A stretch of 64,000 bases of DNA from Candidatus Poribacteria bacterium (GTDB lineage: Bacteria; Poribacteria; WGA-4E; WGA-3G), in assembly GCA_964291315.2 (NCBI GenBank), contig OZ219753.1:832001-896000 (forward strand). Reading direction: 5' to 3'. The translations under genes were made by a program, and so were the position numbers. This document shows, in pieces, positions 16,660 to 25,994 of this stretch (position 1 is its first letter; each line of letters begins with the position of its first letter). Under the pieces are notes generated by a model that was given only the letters and a program-made list of their open reading frames with translations, had not been told where the DNA came from and ran no database searches.

Positions 16660-19395
16660 CTATTTGTCAGACGATTTGAGCTCACTCCAACGGGTTGTGA
16701 GTTTACCACTTGCGGAGACGTTCCCGCGCAGGTGCGTCGTGCGTAAGGTCGTGCGCACGCCGTCCATAGAGACGTCTTGTATCTGGTAGTAATAGACCAC
16801 GTTGGGTTTCGCTGTGGTATCCGTGTAGGTGTAGACATGCTTTTCGGATGTCGTGCCGTGTCCAGCGATTAGCCCTTTGGTGTTGATAGTCTTGAATGCG
16901 CCGGTTTCGCTCTCACTGCGCAGGATGTTGAAGCCTGCGTTGTTGAGTTCGGACTGCGTTATCCAAGTAATCTGGACGTGTCCTGTTGCGTTGTTGCGCA
17001 CGGGCCGGAAGCTGGAAAGTGAAACGGGTAGCGGTCCGCCGCTGCGGTAGCCGGGTGTGCTGACATCGTTCCGGTGTCCGTAGAATGCGAGCGATGCATC
17101 CACAGAGTCAGATTTCCGCCAAGAGGTTTGCATTAGCCCGTTATCCGCAGCATTTGGTCCAGAACCCGCCATTTCGCCGGTGAACACCCCGCCATAGGTT
17201 CGCACAATAGAGGCTCGCGTTTCGCCGCTTTCGGGCAGTGCCCATGCCTGTTTGCGCATCCCGTCTTCTATGGTAAGGTTGCTGGCTGTGTCCATAACTG
17301 TTGGGCTGCCTCCGCTGATTTTTGCGCGCAGCTCTAGGTGAAAGCCTTCGGCGCTCAGCAGTAGTCGCCCGCGGGTTGCTAGCCCGAGATCGTTTTGGTG
17401 CTTCTCATTTAGGTTATAGACGTAGTTTTCTGCGACGTTGTTTACACCGCTACGGGAGACGATCAGCAGGGTCTGATTGGGTGGAATGTATGTTCCTGCC
17501 TCAAAGGTGAGAGTTGCGTCGACGTATGATCCTATGCCTGCTGCCTTGTTGAGGATCTCTAACTGCCAGCCTTCGAGGTTCACCGTATCCATCATAGAGC
17601 TGTTGTAGAGTTCTATCCATTGGGCTAGGTTAGCTCGGGGCCCCGCATCGTACATAATTTCACTGATCGTTACTTTTCCGTCGAAGGAGTAGTCTCCGTT
17701 GGAGATTTCGTTGACGGCCATGTTCGGATATCCTGGTGTGCCGGGGGAGGTTGCGGTATCCATTTCTTTATCTTTACCGCGGTCGTAGCCGGTGCCGGTG
17801 AATCCGAATGACTGCCAGTCGTCTTTGTGGACGCGGTTTGCGCGCGACTTTGCCACGTACTTACCGCCGGTGATGTTAACGCCTCGGCCGAACGACATAT
17901 TTTGAGAGGCGAATGTGTTCATACCGCCGAAATCATTATCATCAAGGTCTCCGGGCTTTGTCCATCCTACGAACGGCCAGATTCCGGTATTGAACTTCTT
18001 ATCTTCTTTTCGTGTGAAGAATCCGTTGCCGGCGTAGTCTTTGATATTTGTGGGTTTGCCGACGTCATCGGCGTGGTTTCGGGTTCGTAGCAGGATCAGG
18101 AACTTGCCTGTAGCGGGCAGGTTGAGGTCGCTAGCGACCACGTATTTGTGTGAGGCGCCCTTGTTGACTTGTGTATTGTCCAAGATGTCTTGAAGGTTTG
18201 TGCCTCCGGCGAACCCGACGTTTTTCCCGGGGTCTCGGTTATAGATGACGAGATACTCGCCGGGCTTCATTCTGTATTTCGGCAGTACGGCGAGGCTGGT
18301 GTCTGCGAAGTTGGCGTCGCCTGATTCTTGATAGCCGGTGCCGTCGGCCTTCATTTTCCCTGTGACGAGGCTGAGCTCATAGTTCTCTATATTGATGGCG
18401 CGATCTGATGCATCACTGCTATTATAGAAGAGCTCTATCCAGTCCAAGTTTGCGCTTGAGGGGTCGTTGCGCACTTCGTTGATGATGATGCCTTTATCGG
18501 AGAAGGAGGCGGGGTTTTTATCAAACTTCACTACATCCGGACCGCCGAGTGGCACGTGAACGCTCCCTGGGGAGCCGATGTAACGGCCTGTGAGGTTAAT
18601 TCTGCCTGCGGAAGCTTCCCAGGAACCGGGTTCTCGGCCGTCGCCGATTCCCTTGAGTTTTCCACCTGCGAGTGCATAGGCTTTCCCTGTGCTATCTAGG
18701 TCGATCTTCCGGTACATAGAGACCATATCCGTGGGAGGAGTGCCGGCCTCTTGGTTGCCGTCGATGTCGCCGTTGTTGCCTTTCAGCTGCCATTGTCGGC
18801 CAAAGCCATCGGTGGTCATTACGCGATCTAGAACGACATACTTGCCGTTATCGTCGGAAAACATCATACCCGGAGCACGTTTTTCAAGGTCAGCAAGGTA
18901 CCACCAACTGAGGCCGATCAGGTCACTTTCTTTCAAAGTGCCATGGCCATATACTTCTATCCACTGCGCTGTGTTTCTACTAGGGGAATCCGTTCCCCAC
19001 ATTATTTCGGTGACAACGAGATGGTGCTTGTACTTCATCGCCTCGGCCTCTGTCAGATCGGGCTTTAACGTGTTCATAACGTTTCCACCATCAGAAGTTT
19101 CAAGCGTTGTTGGCAATTTCAATGTAAGGATAAACCCTTCACCGCCATTAAGTCTATCCTTTAGGTCATTCCAAAGCGTACCGCCGGTGTACGCCTTCCC
19201 TTTTGCTGTTGCTCTGATGCCGTTATCAGCTTGATCGCTAGATTTAGCCATGACAAAGAACTTTTTGGCTTCATTGAAGTAACCTGCGGTTGCTCCAGTC
19301 ACAAGTTCCAGCTGTGCGGAAACCTGCGTCGTTGCGAAGAGACACACAAGTCCCAATACTACCAAGAGTCTCATTTTATTCGATAACATTAACAT
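16660..19395 (-). CDS. Secreted lamin-tail-domain (LTD) protein
   Basis: Signal peptide; VVTEIMW..QWIE, IINEV..DWIELF, TISEIMY..QWIELYN; PLPVSLSSF domain; GKLTTRWSELK end. Confidence 0.85.
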   Translation of the reverse strand: MLMLSNKMRLLVVLGLVCLFATTQVSAQLELVTGATAGYFNEAKKFFVMAKSSDQADNGIRATAKGKAYTGGTLWNDLKDRLNGGEGFILTLKLPTTLETSDGGNVMNTLKPDLTEAEAMKYKHHLVVTEIMWGTDSPSRNTAQWIEVYGHGTLKESDLIGLSWWYLADLEKRAPGMMFSDDNGKYVVLDRVMTTDGFGRQWQLKGNNGDIDGNQEAGTPPTDMVSMYRKIDLDSTGKAYALAGGKLKGIGDGREPGSWEASAGRINLTGRYIGSPGSVHVPLGGPDVVKFDKNPASFSDKGIIINEVRNDPSSANLDWIELFYNSSDASDRAINIENYELSLVTGKMKADGTGYQESGDANFADTSLAVLPKYRMKPGEYLVIYNRDPGKNVGFAGGTNLQDILDNTQVNKGASHKYVVASDLNLPATGKFLILLRTRNHADDVGKPTNIKDYAGNGFFTRKEDKKFNTGIWPFVGWTKPGDLDDNDFGGMNTFASQNMSFGRGVNITGGKYVAKSRANRVHKDDWQSFGFTGTGYDRGKDKEMDTATSPGTPGYPNMAVNEISNGDYSFDGKVTISEIMYDAGPRANLAQWIELYNSSMMDTVNLEGWQLEILNKAAGIGSYVDATLTFEAGTYIPPNQTLLIVSRSGVNNVAENYVYNLNEKHQNDLGLATRGRLLLSAEGFHLELRAKISGGSPTVMDTASNLTIEDGMRKQAWALPESGETRASIVRTYGGVFTGEMAGSGPNAADNGLMQTSWRKSDSVDASLAFYGHRNDVSTPGYRSGGPLPVSLSSFRPVRNNATGHVQITWITQSELNNAGFNILRSESETGAFKTINTKGLIAGHGTTSEKHVYTYTDTTAKPNVVYYYQIQDVSMDGVRTTLRTTHLRGNVSASGKLTTRWSELKSSDK

Positions 19396-20051
19396 TACTT
19401 TGATTCTCCTCTGTTGTTAAGTTAAACATAACGTGATCTTCATAAATGACCGGGTTCAGCTCTTGTGGCACAACCTGTTTGGTTCAGCGAGGGTGCTTTG
19501 TATCCAAAGATGAATCCGATATTTATCAAGTCTGTGTTAAGCATAGACAAGATTAAGAGATAGAATAGAGATTGGAGGTTTGTTTTCTCCGTGAACCCGG
19601 CTTTATGCCGAGGTCCCCTTCAGTTCTCTATATTATCCGTTGATTTGATTTCCTCTTTTGGTTGCGTCTTAAACGTCAGTGCTAAAAGAGTTTTAATATG
19701 ATACAATAGTATAACACAAAAAGTCAATAAAGAATAACAAAATCTTTTGTTGATGGGTGTGAATATTGCTCCTGACTATCTTCTGTGTGCGATGCTCTTA
19801 CGGTTTGGGCTAAAAGGAATAAATTGGTTTTCATACGTGAAGTAAGGGAAAGGGCGGAGACGGCCCAAAAGCGACGAAACATCAGAACCTAAATGATATA
19901 GCGATCACCTAACAGGAAGAGGGTTGCTAAGTCCTCTGTGAGTATATGCAGAGTCTTCGCGTGCCTTAATGGGTTAAAAAAGGTACGTTTGACAGAGCCG
20001 ATCAGTTTCATTTTCGGGTTATCTCTTGTTCCATATTTCCCCTATAATATA

Positions 20052-20080
20052 ATTATATCTTAAAGCGCCCATCATGTCAA
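20052..20080 (-). promoter_or_regulatory. Consensus sigma70 promoter
   Basis: Minus strand TTGACA-17 nt-TATAAT. Confidence 0.7.
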
Positions 20081-20267
20081 GTTTTTTTATCAAAAAAAAT
20101 CGGAGGTACCCAGTTGCCCTATAAAAGTGCTTAAAGGTCTGATACTGGTTTTGATAGAAGGCAATGTGGATCTGCATCATCTTGCTCGGAGGCGATCGCG
20201 CCTTCTGACACAGGATACTTTGCTAGGTGCTGCAGCCCCTGCTTTCTCTTCGGATGTGAGAAAAAAG

Positions 20268-20296
20268 TTGTCTATTCTGCAGAAGAGTGATACAAT
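20268..20296 (+). promoter_or_regulatory. sigma70-type promoter with extended -10
   Basis: TTGTCT-17 nt-TACAAT with TGn. Confidence 0.5.
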
Positions 20297-20650
20297 ACAG
20301 ATGTGAGAACTCCTTTAGTATAAGATGTGATCCCCTTATTATACTACTTGTTATACTAAACAGGGGTCTCTTTATACGACAAAACATCAATTATTTTTTA
20401 TCAAGCTCACATTATGTTACGGCTTCAACTTGAAAATGTGTTTTCTGGCGGAAAGTTCTACTTATGAATAGTTATCAGCGGTTAGGCCAGTTTTTTTCAG
20501 TGAATTTTTTCGGTGTGCGCTTGTAGAACAGCGGTTGACTCGCGACTCTGCCAGTTAAGATAGCGTGCAGCTTGAAACGAAATAAAACCGGGATTACGGA
20601 GTGGAACCGGAAAACTGCCCACTCACCGAACCGCAAGGGACATTAGAAAA

Positions 20651-21475
20651 ATGACACCGAAACAACGTTACCTGTTTGATGTAACCGGATACCTTCATTT
20701 GGAGGAGGTCATCGCCGGTGATGCGTTAGCAGAAGCTGCTGAGGCGGTTGATAGGTATATTACATGTCCTGCTGACCAGCTGCCATCGGGCTTTGAGATT
20801 CGAGGACTTCATCAGCACGGATTTGCTTTCGATAAATCGCTTGAGTGTTTAACCGTGCACAGAGCACTATGGCCCATTATCAAAGAGTTGACTGACAATC
20901 AACCGCGATTTGTCAGAGGTTCACTGAAGCACGATACGCACGATTTGTGGGAGGTTGGCGAACGCGCGCGAGTGAACCCAGGTGGTCTCCACTGTGCACG
21001 TGATGATTTCGGACGGTATAGTACCCGTTATGAGGTTAACAACGGACATATCTACTGTGACAATTTTGTCTGCTTTCCTTATTTCACAGATGTCTACCCC
21101 GGTGATGGTGGTCTCATCGTGGTTCCGGGCTCACATAAAAGCGAGTTTGATCGTCCGAAAGAGCTATTGACCCTTAATGAGGTTGACGGCATAGACCCGC
21201 TTGAGGATCCGGTTTTCGTCAATATTACACCGAAAGCAGGCGACATTGTGATTATCTCAGAATTGCTGACGCATGGTGTGTTGCGCTGGAAACCGAAAGC
21301 GCGGGATCGAAGGTTTCTCGTTTTGCGGTATGCCCCGCAATATTCAGGTGCACATAGTTTCCCGCAGCCCATTCTCGATCGATTGTCCCCGGAAACGTTA
21401 GAGTTAGTAGCATCTGCAGCGTATGGACATATCAAGGAGATTGTGAAACAGAATGAGGTTACGCTGACAGTGTAA
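20651..21475 (+). CDS. Phytanoyl-CoA dioxygenase (PhyH)-family Fe(II)/2OG enzyme
   Basis: YLFDVTGYL, DGGLIVVPGSH, KAGD...THG, distal Arg. Confidence 0.88.
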   Translation: MTPKQRYLFDVTGYLHLEEVIAGDALAEAAEAVDRYITCPADQLPSGFEIRGLHQHGFAFDKSLECLTVHRALWPIIKELTDNQPRFVRGSLKHDTHDLWEVGERARVNPGGLHCARDDFGRYSTRYEVNNGHIYCDNFVCFPYFTDVYPGDGGLIVVPGSHKSEFDRPKELLTLNEVDGIDPLEDPVFVNITPKAGDIVIISELLTHGVLRWKPKARDRRFLVLRYAPQYSGAHSFPQPILDRLSPETLELVASAAYGHIKEIVKQNEVTLTV

Positions 21476-21552
21476 CTCGTTATTTTTTAGTATTCTATAG
21501 CGTTTGCCTTTATGGGGTCTGTGTTTTTCTGATTGAGGAAGAGTAAATAAAG

Positions 21553-22242
21553 ATGCAAGCTGTCATTCTATGTGGGGGGCTCGCGACGCGGCTGGGTGAA
21601 GCGGTGAAGACACTCCCGAAAGTCTTATTAGAGATTGCTGGGAAAACCGTTTTGGAGCGGCAAATCCAATTGTTGGAGGCTGCGAATGTTACCGAGGTTA
21701 TCTTGGCGTCTGGGCATCTACACGATGCGCTTTATGAGCATGTGGGTGAGATTTACGCTGGGATGCGTATCCGATACGCGCAGGAGGGAAAAAGGCTTGG
21801 TACAGGGGGTGCAACTCAGAACGCTATGAAGCAGGTAGACACTTCTCCGTTTTTCGTGTTGAACGGAGATATCTTACTTTCGGGCTTTTCACTTGCGGAG
21901 ATGTTGTCCCGGTTTTGTGAAGGGATGGAGGGGCTACTGTTAAGTGTGCATGTCCCGGATATCCGTCCTTACGGTGAAATTGTGTGTGACAAGGATGGGA
22001 AGGTTCGGGGTTTCCACGAAAAACAGTCGGCGTGTCGTGCTGGATATGTTAATGGTGCGATATATCTTTTTGATAGAGGTATTGGTGAGGTGTTTCCGCA
22101 GGGGCAGGAAGTCTTTTCGCTGGAGCGCGATGTTTTCCCGTTTGTTTCTAATCTTTATGCGTTGCCAACAGTTGCGGATTGGATTGATATAGGTGTGCCG
22201 GAGCGTTTGGCTTATGCGCGGGAGCGTTTTTCCTCGGTATAA
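21553..22242 (+). CDS. Sugar-phosphate nucleotidyltransferase
   Basis: AVILCGGLATRL, PK.L, LGTGG, LNGD, WIDIG. Confidence 0.88.
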   Translation: MQAVILCGGLATRLGEAVKTLPKVLLEIAGKTVLERQIQLLEAANVTEVILASGHLHDALYEHVGEIYAGMRIRYAQEGKRLGTGGATQNAMKQVDTSPFFVLNGDILLSGFSLAEMLSRFCEGMEGLLLSVHVPDIRPYGEIVCDKDGKVRGFHEKQSACRAGYVNGAIYLFDRGIGEVFPQGQEVFSLERDVFPFVSNLYALPTVADWIDIGVPERLAYARERFSSV

Positions 22243-22475
22243 AAAATTATTAAGATGAATTCAAAGGACATAACATTGTATTCTGAATCTTACCGTTGTA
22301 TCCGCGAGAATACCTAAACTTTCCGCTTGTCTGTAAAGAATGTTTTGTTGTGCTGGATGTGGCATATCCATTGGTGGGCGTGTCCGGGTACTTCGTCTAT
22401 GGAATTTTTAGCTGTGTGCAAGGCGTTACGCCTACGGTGAAGTCTACAATTAACGTGGGTTTGATAAAAAAAAAT

Positions 22476-22612
22476 GTATCTTCCAGCTGCGTCCGATTTT
22501 TCAGAACCTTGATCACCGAATCAATGAGAATCCGCTTTTTCAGAAACACCTCATCGGCGACAGACAGCGTCACGGACGCCAGGTGTTTACTGACCTTGTA
22601 AACAAACGACAC
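22476..22612 (-). mobile_element. Degenerate IS982-family transposase fragment
   Basis: GVSFVYKVSK...DEVFLKKRILIDSVIKVLKNRTQLE resembles the IS982 C-terminal D..LL.KR..IE.V...LK...Q.EH segment. Confidence 0.5.
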
Positions 22613-22637
22613 CCCTGCAGCGCACAAGGGAAGAAAA

Positions 22638-23906
22638 ATGAACTTTCAGGAAGCCTTTTCTACCGCACTTTTGGCGATATCACAGGAAAAATTTCGTTCT
22701 GTGTTAACCCTGTTAGGAATCACTATTGGAATTGCTGCGGTGCTTGCAATGCTCGCTATCGGCGATGGCGCGAAGGTTATTGTTCAGCAAGAGCTTCAAA
22801 AGTATGGCTGTGAGTTTACGGTGAGTCGGAATCCCTGGATTTGGCGTGGTGACCGAGTGATCCCCAACCGTAGCGGTGAACATTTGACGTATGAAGATGC
22901 CCTAGCAATTGAAGCCGAATCCCCTTCCGTTGCGTATGTGATTCCGAGTATTTCTTCTACGGTGCTCGCGCAAGCCGAAGAGGGAACCGCAAAATGGACC
23001 GAATATGATGGTGTTGATGCTTTCTTCCCGGTTGCGATGAATTGGAATCTTCAGCACGGGCGTTTCTTTTCGGAAGACGAGTTCGATAATCGGAGAAAGG
23101 TCTGTGTCCTTGGAAGTGAAGTAGCAACGGAATTGTTCGGCACTCAGAACCCCGTTGGAAAAGAAATCAGATTGACGAAGCAAACTAGCAGTAGAGGCAG
23201 ACCCGTGCGTTTTACTGTTGTAGGCGTAATGGTAGAGCGCGGAAGAAGCCTTCAATGGGGATTTAGTTGGGATGACATTGTGTTCCTGCCCTTGACAACC
23301 GCACAAGCTAGATTTACAGGGAAGCACCATCTCAACTATCTCCAGGTCAAAGTGAAAGGCAAAGGCAGGGAGTCTTTTGGAAAAGCCGCCGAGGAAGTAA
23401 AAGCCGTTCTCAGAAAACGACATCGGAATCAGGACAATTTTTTTGACATCAGTTTTCATACTGAAAGTATAAAATCACTCGATAAAATCAGTCGAATTCT
23501 AAAGGTCATGCTAAGCAGTATTGCGAGCTTTTCGCTCTTTGTCGGGAGCGTCGGTATTATGAACATGATGCTCGTTTCTGTGAACCAACGGACTCGGGAG
23601 ATTGGCATCCGCCGCGCCATTGGTGCCCCCCGGCGAGATATTTTCTATCAGTTTTTAATCGAGTCCGTTGTGTTGTGCTGTATGGGCGGTCTGTTTGGTA
23701 TTGGGCTAGGGATTGGTGTTGGATATGGTTGTGCAATCCTCGCTGTTAAGATAGTTAAAGTAGTTCCGCAGTGGCCGGTTGTGCTGTCTCCACAATGGAT
23801 TACAATCTCGGTAACCATTTCAGCCTGCATCGGTATTTTCTTTGGACTTTATCCCGCGGTGAAAGCCTCACAATTATCCCCTCTTGAGGCACTGAGAACA
23901 GAATGA
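22638..23906 (+). CDS. MacB/FtsX-family ABC transporter permease
   Basis: RSVLTLLGITIG, VGIMNMMLVSV..RTREIGIRRAIGA, FFGLYPA..AS.LSPLEALR. Confidence 0.92.
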   Translation: MNFQEAFSTALLAISQEKFRSVLTLLGITIGIAAVLAMLAIGDGAKVIVQQELQKYGCEFTVSRNPWIWRGDRVIPNRSGEHLTYEDALAIEAESPSVAYVIPSISSTVLAQAEEGTAKWTEYDGVDAFFPVAMNWNLQHGRFFSEDEFDNRRKVCVLGSEVATELFGTQNPVGKEIRLTKQTSSRGRPVRFTVVGVMVERGRSLQWGFSWDDIVFLPLTTAQARFTGKHHLNYLQVKVKGKGRESFGKAAEEVKAVLRKRHRNQDNFFDISFHTESIKSLDKISRILKVMLSSIASFSLFVGSVGIMNMMLVSVNQRTREIGIRRAIGAPRRDIFYQFLIESVVLCCMGGLFGIGLGIGVGYGCAILAVKIVKVVPQWPVVLSPQWITISVTISACIGIFFGLYPAVKASQLSPLEALRTE

Positions 23907-23953
23907 GATGATCTTCTATGTTCTCAGCGGTTTCTCTATTGAGAGAGGTTTTC

Positions 23954-25852
23954 TCAAACATACCCTTGAGCTTGTGCTTTGAAAAACTTGGCATAAAGCC
24001 CGCCTTTTGCTAATAATGCCTCATGACTGCCGTCCTCAACAAGAGTACCATTCTCAAGAACGAGAATCCGATCACAGGTGCGGACAGAAGACAGACGATG
24101 CGATATTAACACCGATGTGCGTCCGGTACTTCGTTGACTAAATTGTTCATAGACCGCTTGTTCTGCTAATGGGTCGAGTGCGGCGGTAGGTTCATCAAGG
24201 ACGACTAGCCACGGTGTTTCCCGCATGAAACTTCGGGCGGTCGCTAGCCGCTGCCATTCGCCGCCTGAAAGCTCGCGGCCTCCGAACGTGGGCCCTAGCA
24301 CGGCATCGTATGCTTCTGGGAGTCTGTCAATGACATCAACTGCACCCCCGGCAACAGCTGCCTCCTCCATACGCGCGGGACGCTCCACATCCCCAAAGAT
24401 AATATTATCTCGTGCGGTGAGGTGGTACTGCGTGAAGTCCTGAAACACTGCACTGCACTGCTTCATCCACTGCTGGTGATTTTCAGGAGCTAAGGGTACA
24501 TTCCCAACACGAATGACACCTGTGTCCGGACGATAGAGCCCCAGCAGTAAACGGGCCAGGGTGGTTTTACCCGCACCATTGGGGCCAACGAGTGCAACTC
24601 GCTCACCTCTTTTGAATGTCAGTGTTATGTGATTTAATGCCGGTTCTTGGGCGTTCGGATAGAAGAACGCAACGTTCTCTAACACAATGTCTGTTTTCGT
24701 ATCACTGCTATCTGGCTGCAATTCGGTTTTGGGAAAATCAGACTGCGGTTCCACAACCGATGGGGTTTTCTGTCTTGCGGCGGAGAAAGTCGGTTTCTGA
24801 GCCAGGGGGTCTGGATTCTCGTCCAAAAACGGATACAGATCGCCTGACAATCGGCGCATATCGTCTCCTATCCATTGAAAATAACTCGCAACCTCGTTCC
24901 AGATGCCATCCAGACTGATTAGGGCAGCGGCAGCGGCAATATAGGTGCCGACACTCAGTCCGCCCTGAAAAACAACACGCAATAAGAAAATAAGGGAGCA
25001 AACATACAACCCGCCGCGCATGAGGTCGATAGCAAGATGCGCCAGAAATTTCCGTCGTTCAATTGCTCGTTGTCCGTTTATCAACGCTCGCCATAATTGT
25101 TGCCAGTGCTCTATCCAAATCGCATGTGCTTGATATAACCTGACTTCCTTGCCAGCCCGCCGCTCTGTCAGGATCCCCTCTATTGCATCTCGCTCTCTCC
25201 GTTTGGGTGTCTGTTCCACGTCAAAATTGTAGACATCTGCAGCAAAACGCGAACCACTCCACCAAGACGCCGTGCCACTCACCACAGGGAGTAAAGTCAG
25301 CAACGGATGATAACGCCAGAGCACGATGCCAAGTGTTGCAACACTGATTAATTGTTGAAGGCTGTCAACGATCCACCATAGAATCTCCTCAAGTTGCTCG
25401 CCCGAGATGGCACGCGCTCGTGCTAATGCGTTCTGAAACGCGGCGGTTTGGCATTCGATGAACGGTGTTGTCTCTGCTCTCTCAACGATACGTTCGTTAA
25501 CGCTGGCTTCGATGTTTTCCCGCACATGGTGTCGCATCGGTTCGCGTAAGAGGTCTATGCTGGTGCTAACAATTCGTAAGACGATCAATCCGATGAGCCA
25601 AGGCCCCACTGTACGCAACCAGCTTGCATCGCCTATCGAGGCAGTGATTGCATTGACTAAGTGCTCTGTCACGAAGAAATCGCAGGCGGGCAGAACACCG
25701 AGGGATAATGTCAGAATCATCATGCCCAAGACGGTGATTGGGCCGCTCTGCCAAATAAGGTGCAGTGTTCGGATGTAGGTGGAGAGGCTCTCCTTGGCGG
25801 CTACGCCCCATTCCTCTACTTTTTCTTTCACATTTCGCATTGCGGTTTTCAC
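23954..25852 (-). CDS. ABC exporter (fused TMD-NBD)
   Basis: GPNGAGKT, LSGGEWQR, VLDEPT, SHR. Confidence 0.92.
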   Translation of the reverse strand: MKTAMRNVKEKVEEWGVAAKESLSTYIRTLHLIWQSGPITVLGMMILTLSLGVLPACDFFVTEHLVNAITASIGDASWLRTVGPWLIGLIVLRIVSTSIDLLREPMRHHVRENIEASVNERIVERAETTPFIECQTAAFQNALARARAISGEQLEEILWWIVDSLQQLISVATLGIVLWRYHPLLTLLPVVSGTASWWSGSRFAADVYNFDVEQTPKRRERDAIEGILTERRAGKEVRLYQAHAIWIEHWQQLWRALINGQRAIERRKFLAHLAIDLMRGGLYVCSLIFLLRVVFQGGLSVGTYIAAAAALISLDGIWNEVASYFQWIGDDMRRLSGDLYPFLDENPDPLAQKPTFSAARQKTPSVVEPQSDFPKTELQPDSSDTKTDIVLENVAFFYPNAQEPALNHITLTFKRGERVALVGPNGAGKTTLARLLLGLYRPDTGVIRVGNVPLAPENHQQWMKQCSAVFQDFTQYHLTARDNIIFGDVERPARMEEAAVAGGAVDVIDRLPEAYDAVLGPTFGGRELSGGEWQRLATARSFMRETPWLVVLDEPTAALDPLAEQAVYEQFSQRSTGRTSVLISHRLSSVRTCDRILVLENGTLVEDGSHEALLAKGGLYAKFFKAQAQGYV

Positions 25853-25994
25853 TTCTCTTTACATTGTCTACAGTCAGCTGTGGTTTCTTTACTGCCGGGC
25901 GGTTGGCTATTTCGCAAAAAGTGTCAGAATGCCAAAACAGGTAAAAAGCGACCTAGACCGAAAAAGCACATGTTTTTCGTCATGTCTGCTACTT

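Noticed and set aside
19396-20650. Known riboswitch, tRNA or protein gene in the 1.25-kb gap
   Set aside because: No recognisable consensus; only short ORFs (for example about 40 aa) without recognisable homology
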